From assembly GCA_965198115.1 (NCBI GenBank), contig OZ240241.1:4352001-4416000 (forward strand): a DNA stretch of 64,000 nt, read 5' to 3'. This DNA comes from Candidatus Latescibacterota bacterium. Its GTDB lineage: Bacteria > Latescibacterota > UBA2968. The notes under the pieces were generated by a model. That model made no database searches. It was not told the origin of the DNA and saw only the letters and a program-made list of their open reading frames with translations. A program made the translations under genes and the position numbers. Below, piece after piece: positions 30,995 through 39,504 of the stretch (position 1 is its first letter; each line of letters begins with the position of its first letter).

Positions 30995-31137
30995 CGTCCC
31001 CCGCTCGGCGATGCCGGGCGACCTCTCCCCGTATCACACGATGCGACTCTCCTCCAGTCGCTCGGGTTGTCCGTCGTTTCGGGTAACCCGAAACCCAATA
31101 CCATTTCTCCCAGACGTCGTTCGCTCGGCAAACATCG

Positions 31138-31845
31138 ATGAACGTCACCCTCCAACCGGCGTCCGCGTGCGAGGACTGCAACCTGTGCTCCCGGTGCGAA
31201 TCCCGTGCTCCCGGTGACAGCATCGATGTCGACGCCGTCGTCGACGAGGTCTTGCGACAGATCCGGGCCCCCGCGCCGATGGACGTCCCGATCGGCGTAT
31301 CAGCCAGACATTGCCATTTGAACGACGAGGGCCTCGAAACCTTGTTCGGAAGGGGTGCTCGACTCCACGTCTACCGGGAGCTCTACCAGCCCGGCGCATT
31401 CGCGGCAGAGGAGGTCGTCTCCGTCGTCGGCCCTCGTCTTCGTGCCATCGAACGGGTCCGCGTCCTCGGACCGACACGGGGCTATAACCAGGTTGAACTT
31501 GCTCGAACCGACGCCATTTTCCTCGGCCTCGACCCGCCCATTCGCGATTCCGGCGACCTCGAGGGGGCCGGGTTCATCACCTTCATCGGACCGAAGGGAT
31601 CATTCACTTCGAACTGCGCGATCCGCGCGACCCGGCACATCCACCTCACACCCCAGGACGCAGGGCGTATGGGTATGTCGGACACCGACCGCGTGAGTGT
31701 CCGGGTCCCCGGCGAAAAGGGGCTCGTCTTCCACAACGTCAGACTCAAGGTCGAACCGGGGCAGTTGCCCGAAATCCACCTGGACACCGACGACGCCAAC
31801 GCTGCCGGGTCCGCGTGTGGCGACATCGCGACCATCGAGGTCTGA
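31138..31845 (+). CDS. pduL: Phosphate propanoyltransferase/phosphotransacylase (PTAC) with N-terminal Cys cluster and encapsulation peptide
   Basis: PIGVSARHCHL, LYQPGAFAAEE, VRVLGPTR..NQVELARTDA..LG..PPIRDSGDL, RHIHL, HLDTDDANAA; amphipathic VDAVVDEVLRQI. Confidence 0.92.
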   Translation: MNVTLQPASACEDCNLCSRCESRAPGDSIDVDAVVDEVLRQIRAPAPMDVPIGVSARHCHLNDEGLETLFGRGARLHVYRELYQPGAFAAEEVVSVVGPRLRAIERVRVLGPTRGYNQVELARTDAIFLGLDPPIRDSGDLEGAGFITFIGPKGSFTSNCAIRATRHIHLTPQDAGRMGMSDTDRVSVRVPGEKGLVFHNVRLKVEPGQLPEIHLDTDDANAAGSACGDIATIEV

Positions 31846-31853
31846 GCAGGCTC

Positions 31854-32138
31854 GTGGCTTTCGAAGAACGCGCCATCGGGCTAATCGAAACGTGTGGCTT
31901 CGTGGGCACCACCGAGGCCGCCGATGCGATGGCCAAAACAGCCAACATCGACATCGAACAATACGAAACGATCGGAGCGGGCTTCACGACCACGCTCGTG
32001 AGGGGCGATCTGGGCTCTGTCCAGGCTGCGGTCGAGGCGGGTTCCAGCGCCGCCGACCGGGTTGGGGAACTGGTCGCGGTCCACATCATTCCTCGCCCAC
32101 ACCCCGACTTGCAGATCTACTTCACGTCCGGATCGTGA
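31854..32138 (+). CDS. BMC hexamer shell protein (BMC-H)
   Basis: AIGLIETCG..EAADAMAKTANI...IGAG...VRGDLGSVQAAVEAG...HIIPRPH. Confidence 0.92.
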   Translation: MAFEERAIGLIETCGFVGTTEAADAMAKTANIDIEQYETIGAGFTTTLVRGDLGSVQAAVEAGSSAADRVGELVAVHIIPRPHPDLQIYFTSGS

Positions 32139-33574
32139 CGGTCTCCGAACAGAGACGCGTCGTCGCCGGGTTGATCGGCCTCTCCCTGCTGACAGGCGGG
32201 TTGTATCACCTGGTTCACTTCGACGACCCCTACATCACGTTTCGATACGCGAAAAATTGGGCGGAAGGCTACGGACTCGTCTTCAACGTGGGCGAGCGGG
32301 TGCTCGGGACGACCGCTCCACTCTACGCGATCGCGTTGGGCGCGGGGGCTCTCGCCGGCGCCGACATACCGATTCTCGCGGGCTGCCTGACGATCACGTC
32401 GATGGCACTCGTGGGCATCCTGATTTACCGTCTGCTCGACGACGAAGGTCACACGACGGCTGGCGTAATCGCCGGTTTTCTCACGATCACGCATCCGCTG
32501 ATCGGCGACACGCAGGGCTTCGAGCTCAATGTCTTCTTCGCGCTCGTCTTCGGTGGCGGCTGGGCCTATCGGCGAAACCGTCCGGCTCTGGCCGGCCTGC
32601 TGCTCGCGCTGGCCACCCTCACGCGAGGGGACGGATTCGTTCCGGGGGCTTTGATCGGATGCCACGCGCTCGTCAACGATCGACGGGCAACCGTAGCTTA
32701 TGCAATCGCGTTCGCGCTGCCTGTCCTGTTGGGAATGGCTTGGGCTTTATCGTATTACGGACACGCCTTGCCGGGTACGCTCGAGGCCAGGCGTGCCATG
32801 GGTCAGAGCGGATTCTGGCGGACCTACCTCTACGGGGGAGCACGGGTCGCCGTTCTCTACACCCTCCTGTCTCCCCTAGTGGCGATCGTACCCGTGCTCG
32901 CCATCGTCGGGGTTCGTCAGGTAGCCACATCGAAGCTCGCGATCGGACTCGTCGTATGGGCGATCGTCGTCGCCGGGGCCTACGCGGCCATGGGCATCCC
33001 GTCGGCCTACCACTACTACACACAGTTCGTGCCGTGTCTCGCCGTACTCGCCGGGCTCGGAGCACAGAGCCTTCGCGCCACAGTCGTAAGCTGGCACCGA
33101 CACGCGTTTGTCGCCGGAATCGCTCTACTCGTGGCCGCACAGCTCTGGCCAGCACATCGCGTCATCACCAACCCCGAGCCGCGATACGCCCGCTATCGCG
33201 AGGTCGGCAGAGCGTTGCCCACGATCGTTTCGGAAGGGGCACGGGTCGCCACGGTCGAGATCGGAATCATCGGCTACTTCAGCGGGGTCAACATCCTCGA
33301 CCTCGTCGGACTGACCGAGCCGAGTATCCGACCGAGGCTGGCCGAGGGCGATGCCGCGTGGAGCGTGCGGGAACTCCAACCCGAATACCTGCTGTTCCAC
33401 GACCCGCCGTGGCAGTCGATCGAAACGGGCGTTGTGGCCTCGTCCTGGTTCGAGCAACGATACGAGAGAATCCGAACGTTCGATGGAGAACCACCGTTCC
33501 GACTGGCACTCTATCGTAAACAAACGCACACCCTCGGGCGGGATCATCCGGATCCCGCCCAATCACAGCCTTAA
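32135..33574 (+). CDS. GT-C-fold membrane glycosyltransferase (AftB-like) embedded in the BMC operon
   Basis: DDPYITFRYAKNWAEGYGLVFNVGERVLGTTAPL, LTRGDG, EIGIIGYFS..ILDLVGLTEP; multiple TM helices; GTGA overlap with the BMC-H stop. Confidence 0.75.
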   Translation: MTVSEQRRVVAGLIGLSLLTGGLYHLVHFDDPYITFRYAKNWAEGYGLVFNVGERVLGTTAPLYAIALGAGALAGADIPILAGCLTITSMALVGILIYRLLDDEGHTTAGVIAGFLTITHPLIGDTQGFELNVFFALVFGGGWAYRRNRPALAGLLLALATLTRGDGFVPGALIGCHALVNDRRATVAYAIAFALPVLLGMAWALSYYGHALPGTLEARRAMGQSGFWRTYLYGGARVAVLYTLLSPLVAIVPVLAIVGVRQVATSKLAIGLVVWAIVVAGAYAAMGIPSAYHYYTQFVPCLAVLAGLGAQSLRATVVSWHRHAFVAGIALLVAAQLWPAHRVITNPEPRYARYREVGRALPTIVSEGARVATVEIGIIGYFSGVNILDLVGLTEPSIRPRLAEGDAAWSVRELQPEYLLFHDPPWQSIETGVVASSWFEQRYERIRTFDGEPPFRLALYRKQTHTLGRDHPDPAQSQP

Positions 33575-33586
33575 GGAGAAAGAGAC

Positions 33587-33868
33587 ATGGGAGAAGCCCT
33601 AGGGATGATCGAAACGAAAGGGCTCGTTGCCTTGATCGAAGCGTCCGACGCCATGGTCAAGGCGGCAAACGTGAAGCTGATCGGATGGGAGAAGATCGGT
33701 GCAGGCTACGTAACAGCCCTCGTGCGGGGCGACGTGGCTGCCGTCAAAGCAGCCACCGACGCAGGAGCGGCGGCAGCAGGCAAGGTCGGCGAGCTCATCT
33801 CCGTACACGTCATTCCACGTCCCCACAACAGCTTGGAAGACGCTCTGCCCATCGGAAAGGGTGCGTGA
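33587..33868 (+). CDS. BMC hexamer shell protein (PduA/EutM-like)
   Basis: [27 protein letters not shown]...KIGAG...[14 protein letters not shown]...HVIPRPH; AAGGAG RBS. Confidence 0.96.
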   Translation: MGEALGMIETKGLVALIEASDAMVKAANVKLIGWEKIGAGYVTALVRGDVAAVKAATDAGAAAAGKVGELISVHVIPRPHNSLEDALPIGKGA

Positions 33869-33891
33869 GGACTGCTTAACGGAAGCCATCT

Positions 33892-34191
33892 ATGATACTC
33901 GGTAAAGTGGTCGGCACGGTCGTCGCCACGCAAAAAGCTCCCGGGCTGGAAGGGTTCAAGCTCCAGATCGTCCAGACCCTGGATCTGACGGCGATGCAGG
34001 AGACGGAGAATTTCGTCGTCGCCGTCGACGCGGTCGGCGCAGGAGAAGGTGAGGTTGTCCTCTATTGCAGCGGCAGCTCTGCGCGCATGACCGAATCGAC
34101 AGAAGAACGCCCTGTCGACGCGGTCATCGTGGCCATCGTCGATTCGACCGAAGTGAACGGTGAGATCGTTTACAACAAGGCCCGTCACTGA
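33892..34191 (+). CDS. BMC pentamer vertex protein (EutN/CcmL family) 1
   Basis: MILGKVVGTVVATQK...VAVDAVGAGEGEVVL..SGSSAR...PVDAVIVAIVD. Confidence 0.95.
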   Translation: MILGKVVGTVVATQKAPGLEGFKLQIVQTLDLTAMQETENFVVAVDAVGAGEGEVVLYCSGSSARMTESTEERPVDAVIVAIVDSTEVNGEIVYNKARH

Positions 34192-34225
34192 CTGCCCCCG
34201 GACTCCCCCAACGTGAGTACAGGCT

Positions 34226-35662
34226 ATGAATCTCGATGAAGCCCAGGTCAGGGCTGTGGTCGAAAACGTCGTCCGCGGTCTCACGGCCAACGGTCAGTCA
34301 CCATCGATCCAGACCCCGTCCCCCCGACCCGCAGGTAGCGGGGACGACGGGATCTTCGAGCGGCTCGACGACGCGATCCGAGCCAGCTGTTTGGCGCAGC
34401 AGGCCCTTGAGTCCCTGTCCCTCGACACCCGACGCCGAATCATTGCCGCCGTCCGGACGACCGCGCTCGAACACGCAAGCGGTCTCGCGGCACAGACGTG
34501 CGACGAGACCGGCATGGGACGCGTTCCCCACAAGATTCGGAAGTTCGAGGTGGTTGCCCAGGAAACACCTGGCGTCGAAGACCTGCAGCAGGTCGCCTGG
34601 TCCGGCGACCACGGCCTCACGGTCGTCGAGATGGCCCCCTTCGGCGTTGTCGCCGCAGTCACGCCGTCGACGCACCCCGTTCCGACCATCCTCAACAACG
34701 CGATCAGCCTGATCGCGGCCGGGAACAGCGCCGTTTTCGCTCCGCACCCCACCGCCAAACGTGTCTCTCAAGCGGGCATCCAGATTTTCAACCGCGGCGT
34801 CGTCGCAGCCGGCGGACCGCCCGATCTGCTCGTCGCGGTACTTGATCCCACGATCGAAACAGCGCAATCGCTCTTCACACACCCGAACATCGACCTGATC
34901 CTCGTGACCGGCGGAGGCGGCGTCGTCCAGGCCGCCATGCAGGCGCCCAAGCGTGCCGTATGCGCAGGGCCCGGGAACCCGCCCGTCGTCGTCGACGAAA
35001 CCGCCGATCTCGCGAAAGCGGCCGCGGACACGGTCGATGGCAGCGGATTCGACAACAACATCCTTTGCATCGGCGAAAAGGAAGTCTTCGTCGTCCAGTC
35101 CATCGCCGATGAATTCATACGCCAGCTGCAGCACCACGCTTGCGTGATGCTCGACTCCGGGCAGGTGGAACAGCTCACACGCATCGCCTTTCCCACCGAC
35201 GCCTCGGGCGACTGGTCAATCAACCGCGAACTCGTCGGACGCAACGCCAGCGTCCTCGCCGACGCGATCGGACTCGACATCACAGACGACGTACCGATGT
35301 TGATCGGCGAAGTCACCGGCGATCATCCCTTCGTGCGCATGGAACAGATGATGCCATTCCTGCCGATCGTTCGCGTCCCCGATGTCGATACCGGCATCGA
35401 CGTGGCGGTCGAGGCCGAGCACGGCTACCGTCACACGGCCGTCATGCATTCCAGGAACGTCGAGCACATGACGACGATGGCGAGGAAGTGTCGCTGTACG
35501 CTGTTCGTCAAAAACGGGCCGTCCACCGCAGGTTTGGGGGCCGGTGGAGAGGGCTACACATCCTTCTCCATCGCTACGCCAACCGGCGAAGGTGCAACCT
35601 CGGCGCGAACGTTCACGCGACAGCGGCGTTGTACACTCGTCGACTACTTCCGGATCGTCTGA
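34226..35662 (+). CDS. Acylating aldehyde dehydrogenase (EutE/PduP family) with N-terminal encapsulation peptide
   Basis: SGDHGLT..EMAPFGVV, VTGGGGVV, AGPGNPPVVVDETAD, FDNNILCIGEKE, EQMMPFLP, EHGYRHTA, TPTGEG; N-terminal LDEAQVRAVVENVVRGL. Confidence 0.93.
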   Translation: MNLDEAQVRAVVENVVRGLTANGQSPSIQTPSPRPAGSGDDGIFERLDDAIRASCLAQQALESLSLDTRRRIIAAVRTTALEHASGLAAQTCDETGMGRVPHKIRKFEVVAQETPGVEDLQQVAWSGDHGLTVVEMAPFGVVAAVTPSTHPVPTILNNAISLIAAGNSAVFAPHPTAKRVSQAGIQIFNRGVVAAGGPPDLLVAVLDPTIETAQSLFTHPNIDLILVTGGGGVVQAAMQAPKRAVCAGPGNPPVVVDETADLAKAAADTVDGSGFDNNILCIGEKEVFVVQSIADEFIRQLQHHACVMLDSGQVEQLTRIAFPTDASGDWSINRELVGRNASVLADAIGLDITDDVPMLIGEVTGDHPFVRMEQMMPFLPIVRVPDVDTGIDVAVEAEHGYRHTAVMHSRNVEHMTTMARKCRCTLFVKNGPSTAGLGAGGEGYTSFSIATPTGEGATSARTFTRQRRCTLVDYFRIV

Positions 35663-35934
35663 TGCAACTCGGTGAGGTCATCGGAAAGGTCGTCGCCACT
35701 CGAAAGGATGGTTCGCTGCACGGCATTCGCCTGCTCGTCATCCAACCCATCGACGAAACGAGGAAACCGATCGGCTTACCGATCGTCGCCGCCGACGTCG
35801 TCAGTGCCGGTCAGGGCGAGACCATTTACTGGGTCAGCGCCAGGGAGGCCCCGAACGCCCTGCCGTCGCGCTACGGCCCGATCGACGCAGCCATCGTCGG
35901 TATAGCCGACCACCTAACGGTCGAGGAGGTCTGA
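35662..35934 (+). CDS. BMC pentamer vertex protein (EutN/CcmL family) 2
   Basis: MQLGEVIGKVVATRKD...IVAADVVSAGQGE...PIDAAIVGIAD; TGATG overlap. Confidence 0.92.
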   Translation: MQLGEVIGKVVATRKDGSLHGIRLLVIQPIDETRKPIGLPIVAADVVSAGQGETIYWVSAREAPNALPSRYGPIDAAIVGIADHLTVEEV

Positions 35935-35935
35935 C

Positions 35936-36223
35936 GTGGTCCTCGGTCGTGTCGTGGGCAACGTCGTCTCGACGATCAAACACGCGTCCTACGACGACAC
36001 GAAGATCATGCTCGTGCAACCCACCGACGCCGATGGGAACCCGAACGGTTCGGTCATAGTCTCGATCGACGCCGTCGGTGCCGGTAGCGGTGAACGTGTC
36101 CTCGTGCTCCGCCAGGGCATCGCCGCGGGGCAGGTGCTCGGGGTCGAGCGCCCCCCGATCCGCTCGGTCATCGCCGCGATCGTCGACCACGTCCACCGAT
36201 CGATCGGCACGAGCGGGCCCTGA
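35936..36223 (+). CDS. BMC pentamer vertex protein (EutN/CcmL family) 3
   Basis: MVLGRVVGNVVSTIKH...IDAVGAGSGERVLV...PIRSVIAAIVD. Confidence 0.92.
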   Translation: MVLGRVVGNVVSTIKHASYDDTKIMLVQPTDADGNPNGSVIVSIDAVGAGSGERVLVLRQGIAAGQVLGVERPPIRSVIAAIVDHVHRSIGTSGP

Positions 36224-36314
36224 TCTCTGTCCGTGCGTGTTGTGCTTCATCAATCTGGGATCCTGCAGTGTTTCGAGAAATCGATCGGGTCAGGGTTTCG
36301 AAGTCAGTGCCTTC

Positions 36315-36359
36315 TTCCGTGTATTCCGTGTATTCCGTGTATTCCGTGTGTTCCGTGGT
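36315..36359. repeat. 9-bp tandem repeat, 5 copies
   Basis: (TTCCGTGTA)3-TTCCGTGTG-TTCCGTGGT, intergenic. Confidence 0.9.
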
Positions 36360-36396
36360 CCGTTTTTCTGCGGTTTCGTTCTTCAGGATTTAGAAA

Positions 36397-37248
36397 ATGA
36401 ACCTCCACCAGGCCAAACTCGACATCATCGAAACGGGACGACGTGTCTACAACCAGGGATACGTTGCCTCCAACGACGGAAACATCTCCTGTCGAATCGA
36501 CGAAGATCGTATTCTCACTACGCCGACGGGCATGTCCAAGGGTTTCCTCAAGATCGAGGAGCTCGTCGTCACCGACATGGACGGCAAAAAGGTCAGCGGT
36601 GTGAAGAACCCGTCTTCAGAATTGGGCATGCACATTTTTCTCTACAGGGAACGCCCTGACATCCGAGCGGTCGTGCACGCACACCCACCGACTGCGACGG
36701 GTTTTTCCGTCGCCGGGATCCCACTCACCGAATGCGTTCTGCCCGAGGTCGTCATCACGCTGGGTGCCATTCCGATCGCCGAATACGGGACGCCGGGAGG
36801 TTCCGAAATCTCGGAGCCCATCCGAAAGTGGGTCAAGGACTACGACGCCTACCTGCTCGAAAACCACGGAGCCACAACCATCGGTACCAGCGTGATGAAC
36901 GCCTACTACAAGATGGAAACCATGGAACACTTCGCAAAAATCATGCTCGTCGCCCGACAGCTTGGCGGATTCAACACCCTGAACGCCGAGCAAGTCCAGA
37001 AGCTCGTGCAGATTCGCGAGAGGATGGGCATTCGGGGACCCAGTCCCGCGTGCGATGTCGGAAGCGTCGGCACCATTCAGCAGCCTCTTGGCGTGGGTGC
37101 GGCAGCGGCCAGCGGTGGGGGCATCCCGACCCTTCGAACGCGCAGCGCTGGGAATGCTCAGGGCAACGGCGCTCCGGCTCAGCCCGACGCAGCCACGATC
37201 GACGAGATCACGCGACGTGTGATGGACGCTCTCCGCAGCCAGGGGTAG
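36397..37248 (+). CDS. Class II aldolase (fuculose/rhamnulose-phosphate aldolase-like) with C-terminal encapsulation peptide
   Basis: NDGNIS, TPTGMSKG, PSSELGMH, AVVHAHPP, LLENHG; G/A-rich linker then ATIDEITRRVMDAL. Confidence 0.9.
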   Translation: MNLHQAKLDIIETGRRVYNQGYVASNDGNISCRIDEDRILTTPTGMSKGFLKIEELVVTDMDGKKVSGVKNPSSELGMHIFLYRERPDIRAVVHAHPPTATGFSVAGIPLTECVLPEVVITLGAIPIAEYGTPGGSEISEPIRKWVKDYDAYLLENHGATTIGTSVMNAYYKMETMEHFAKIMLVARQLGGFNTLNAEQVQKLVQIRERMGIRGPSPACDVGSVGTIQQPLGVGAAAASGGGIPTLRTRSAGNAQGNGAPAQPDAATIDEITRRVMDALRSQG

Positions 37249-37334
37249 ATGTCGTCGAACGCTGATCAGTTCCACGCTTGTCGCCAACGTCGAAGCGCCT
37301 CCCTTCAAGCACGAGCTTTACCCTCAATCGCGTG

Positions 37335-38777
37335 ATGAACCTCCTCGTATTCTTCGCTCTCTTTATCTCTTCCAGCCCCGTCGGCGCCTTCGACGCCACA
37401 CTTTGGCAGACCTACACCAACATGAATTTCGTGACCGATCTCGCCGAGGGAGAGGACGAAATCTACATCGGCACGACCGGCGGTGTCCGACGATACGGCA
37501 GGTTTCGAGATGACTGGCTTCCCTCCCTGACCACGATCGATGGACTGCCCAGCAACCTCGTGGAACGAATGACCTACGAATCGTCCACGGGCGACCTCCA
37601 CATCCAGACCCCGGATGGCACCGCGCGCTGGATGTCCCGGTTGGAGACCGTCATGGCAGGCGGAACACCGCAGTTCTTCGACCGGCCCGCGAGCAGGATC
37701 CCCCCCGACGTGATGATGCCGTTCGGCTACTTCGTCCAGGGCAGTCTGATTCGTGGTCCCCGCCGGGACTATCGTATCACCGATGTACTGCTCGATTCGT
37801 GGAACAACCTTTGGGTCGGCACCGCAGGACTGGGCGTCGGTCGAGCCGATCTTCGATTCAGCTCGCTCGAGTTCTTGCGTCACGGTCCGATTGAACAGAA
37901 CGTGACGGCCCTCGCCGTCGATGGACACGAAGTGTGGCTCGGCGGCCGCGACGACTTCGGGACGTTCGCCCGTGGAATCTCACGCTACAACACCCGGTCC
38001 GACACGTGGGACTACTTCGAAGAAGAAGTGGTTTACGGGCTCGATGATGCCCAGGTTACCGTGATCCTTCCCGAAGGCAAGAATGTCTGGTTTGGGACCG
38101 ACCGAGGTCTGCTGAGATATCGGACCGATCGGGATGCGTGGGTGACCTATCGCTTCAGCCGGTGGACCAACCGGCGAATCGGCCCCACGACGGCCCTCAT
38201 CCAGGACGACACGCGGCTTTGGATTGGGACACCGACCGGCCTGGCGGTGCTCGATCTGGCCGTTGACACGCTTCGCACGGTCTCGGGGAGCGAGCGATTC
38301 GAAATCGAGGGCATGGCGACGGGCAGAACGGCCCTGTGGGCGGCCACAGACAGAGGTCTCTTCCGCTGTCCACGTGGTGACGCCACCTGGGAACCGTCCT
38401 CCGTCTCGACGTCCCCCGTCCGAGACGTCCACGCAAAAGGGGATACCCTCACAGTCGTCTTGGCGGCACCCCCCGCGGTCCTGGTCGTGACGCACCCCGA
38501 CAGCCAGACCATCGAATGGCCGCTCCCGGAATCCGCCGGCAGCCGCACCATCGACGTCCTGCGTGATGGGCTCAGGGCCTGGGTGGCGACTGATCAGGGT
38601 GTACTCGTGACAGATCTTCGAACCGGAAACTGGCGGAAGATTACCCGAGTCGACGGCCTCGTGGACGAAGAGGTGCGATCGGTCGCTCTCGAAGAGGACT
38701 ACATCTGGTTCGGGACTCGGCACGGAGCCAGCCGCTATCACTGGGCCAGAGACGATGCAAACCTCGATTCTGATTAG
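37335..38777 (+). CDS. Secreted beta-propeller protein (Reg_prop/PorZ-like repeats)
   Basis: Signal peptide; WQTYTN..VTDL...IYIGTTGG, DGLPSN.V, LWVGT, VWFGTDRGL, DGLVDEEV. Confidence 0.65.
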   Translation: MNLLVFFALFISSSPVGAFDATLWQTYTNMNFVTDLAEGEDEIYIGTTGGVRRYGRFRDDWLPSLTTIDGLPSNLVERMTYESSTGDLHIQTPDGTARWMSRLETVMAGGTPQFFDRPASRIPPDVMMPFGYFVQGSLIRGPRRDYRITDVLLDSWNNLWVGTAGLGVGRADLRFSSLEFLRHGPIEQNVTALAVDGHEVWLGGRDDFGTFARGISRYNTRSDTWDYFEEEVVYGLDDAQVTVILPEGKNVWFGTDRGLLRYRTDRDAWVTYRFSRWTNRRIGPTTALIQDDTRLWIGTPTGLAVLDLAVDTLRTVSGSERFEIEGMATGRTALWAATDRGLFRCPRGDATWEPSSVSTSPVRDVHAKGDTLTVVLAAPPAVLVVTHPDSQTIEWPLPESAGSRTIDVLRDGLRAWVATDQGVLVTDLRTGNWRKITRVDGLVDEEVRSVALEEDYIWFGTRHGASRYHWARDDANLDSD

Positions 38778-39033
38778 TGGGCCTAATTCTCCTAACCCAA
38801 TATGGGAGTGAGGGTTATAACTAAAAAAGTGCGTGACAGGGAACGGCGGTTTTGTTATTATTTCTGTAGTTCGCGATCACACGGACCGCAACACCGGATC
38901 CCAAAAGAGTGCATAAGTTTTTATAGAACAAAATGTTGAGCAAAGGCGGCCACCCTTCGCCCACCTCGAGCGCAGGCTGGCCGCTTGACTTTTGTCCGCT
39001 CCTCCCGGAGCGGGCGGTCAACGGAGCCAACCC

Positions 39034-39471
39034 ATGGCATCATCGGCGCTCGGACTCATAGAAATGCGAGGACTCGTCGGCGTCACAGAAGCCGCCGATG
39101 CCGCCGTCAAAGCGGCCTCCGTTTCGCTGACGGGTGTCGAGAGAATCGAAGGTGGGCTCGTCTCCATTCGTATGATGGGCGACGTCGGTGCGGTCCAGGC
39201 CGCCGTCGATGCGGGCGCGCACGCCGGCCAACAGGTCGGTGAGCTGATCTCCAAGCACGTCATACCCAATCCTCACGACGATCTGATCGAAAAATTCGAG
39301 ATCGAAGGCGAGAGGATCAACGGATCCGATCTCGAGGCCCTTTCGGTGACGCAACTCCGCCGACTGGCGCGGGACACCCCGGGGCTGTCGATTCAGGGGC
39401 GCGAAATCTCACACGCGAATAGGGACCAGCTCATCCACGAGCTGCGACAGGCGCAGACAGCACCGACCTGA
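39034..39471 (+). CDS. BMC-H shell protein with C-terminal Rho_N-like helical extension
   Basis: ALGLIEMRGLVG..EAADAAVKAA...GDVGAVQAAVDAG...HVIPNPH, then DLEALSVTQLRRLARD...ISHANRDQLIHEL. Confidence 0.88.
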   Translation: MASSALGLIEMRGLVGVTEAADAAVKAASVSLTGVERIEGGLVSIRMMGDVGAVQAAVDAGAHAGQQVGELISKHVIPNPHDDLIEKFEIEGERINGSDLEALSVTQLRRLARDTPGLSIQGREISHANRDQLIHELRQAQTAPT

Positions 39472-39504
39472 TTGGGCGGCCCAATGTCGAATAGTGGAGA
39501 TGGA

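Noticed and set aside
31697-32134. N-terminal extension suggesting a BMC-H/GT-C fusion
   Set aside because: It is in a different frame from BMC-H and reads as non-coding; the two genes only overlap by GTGA
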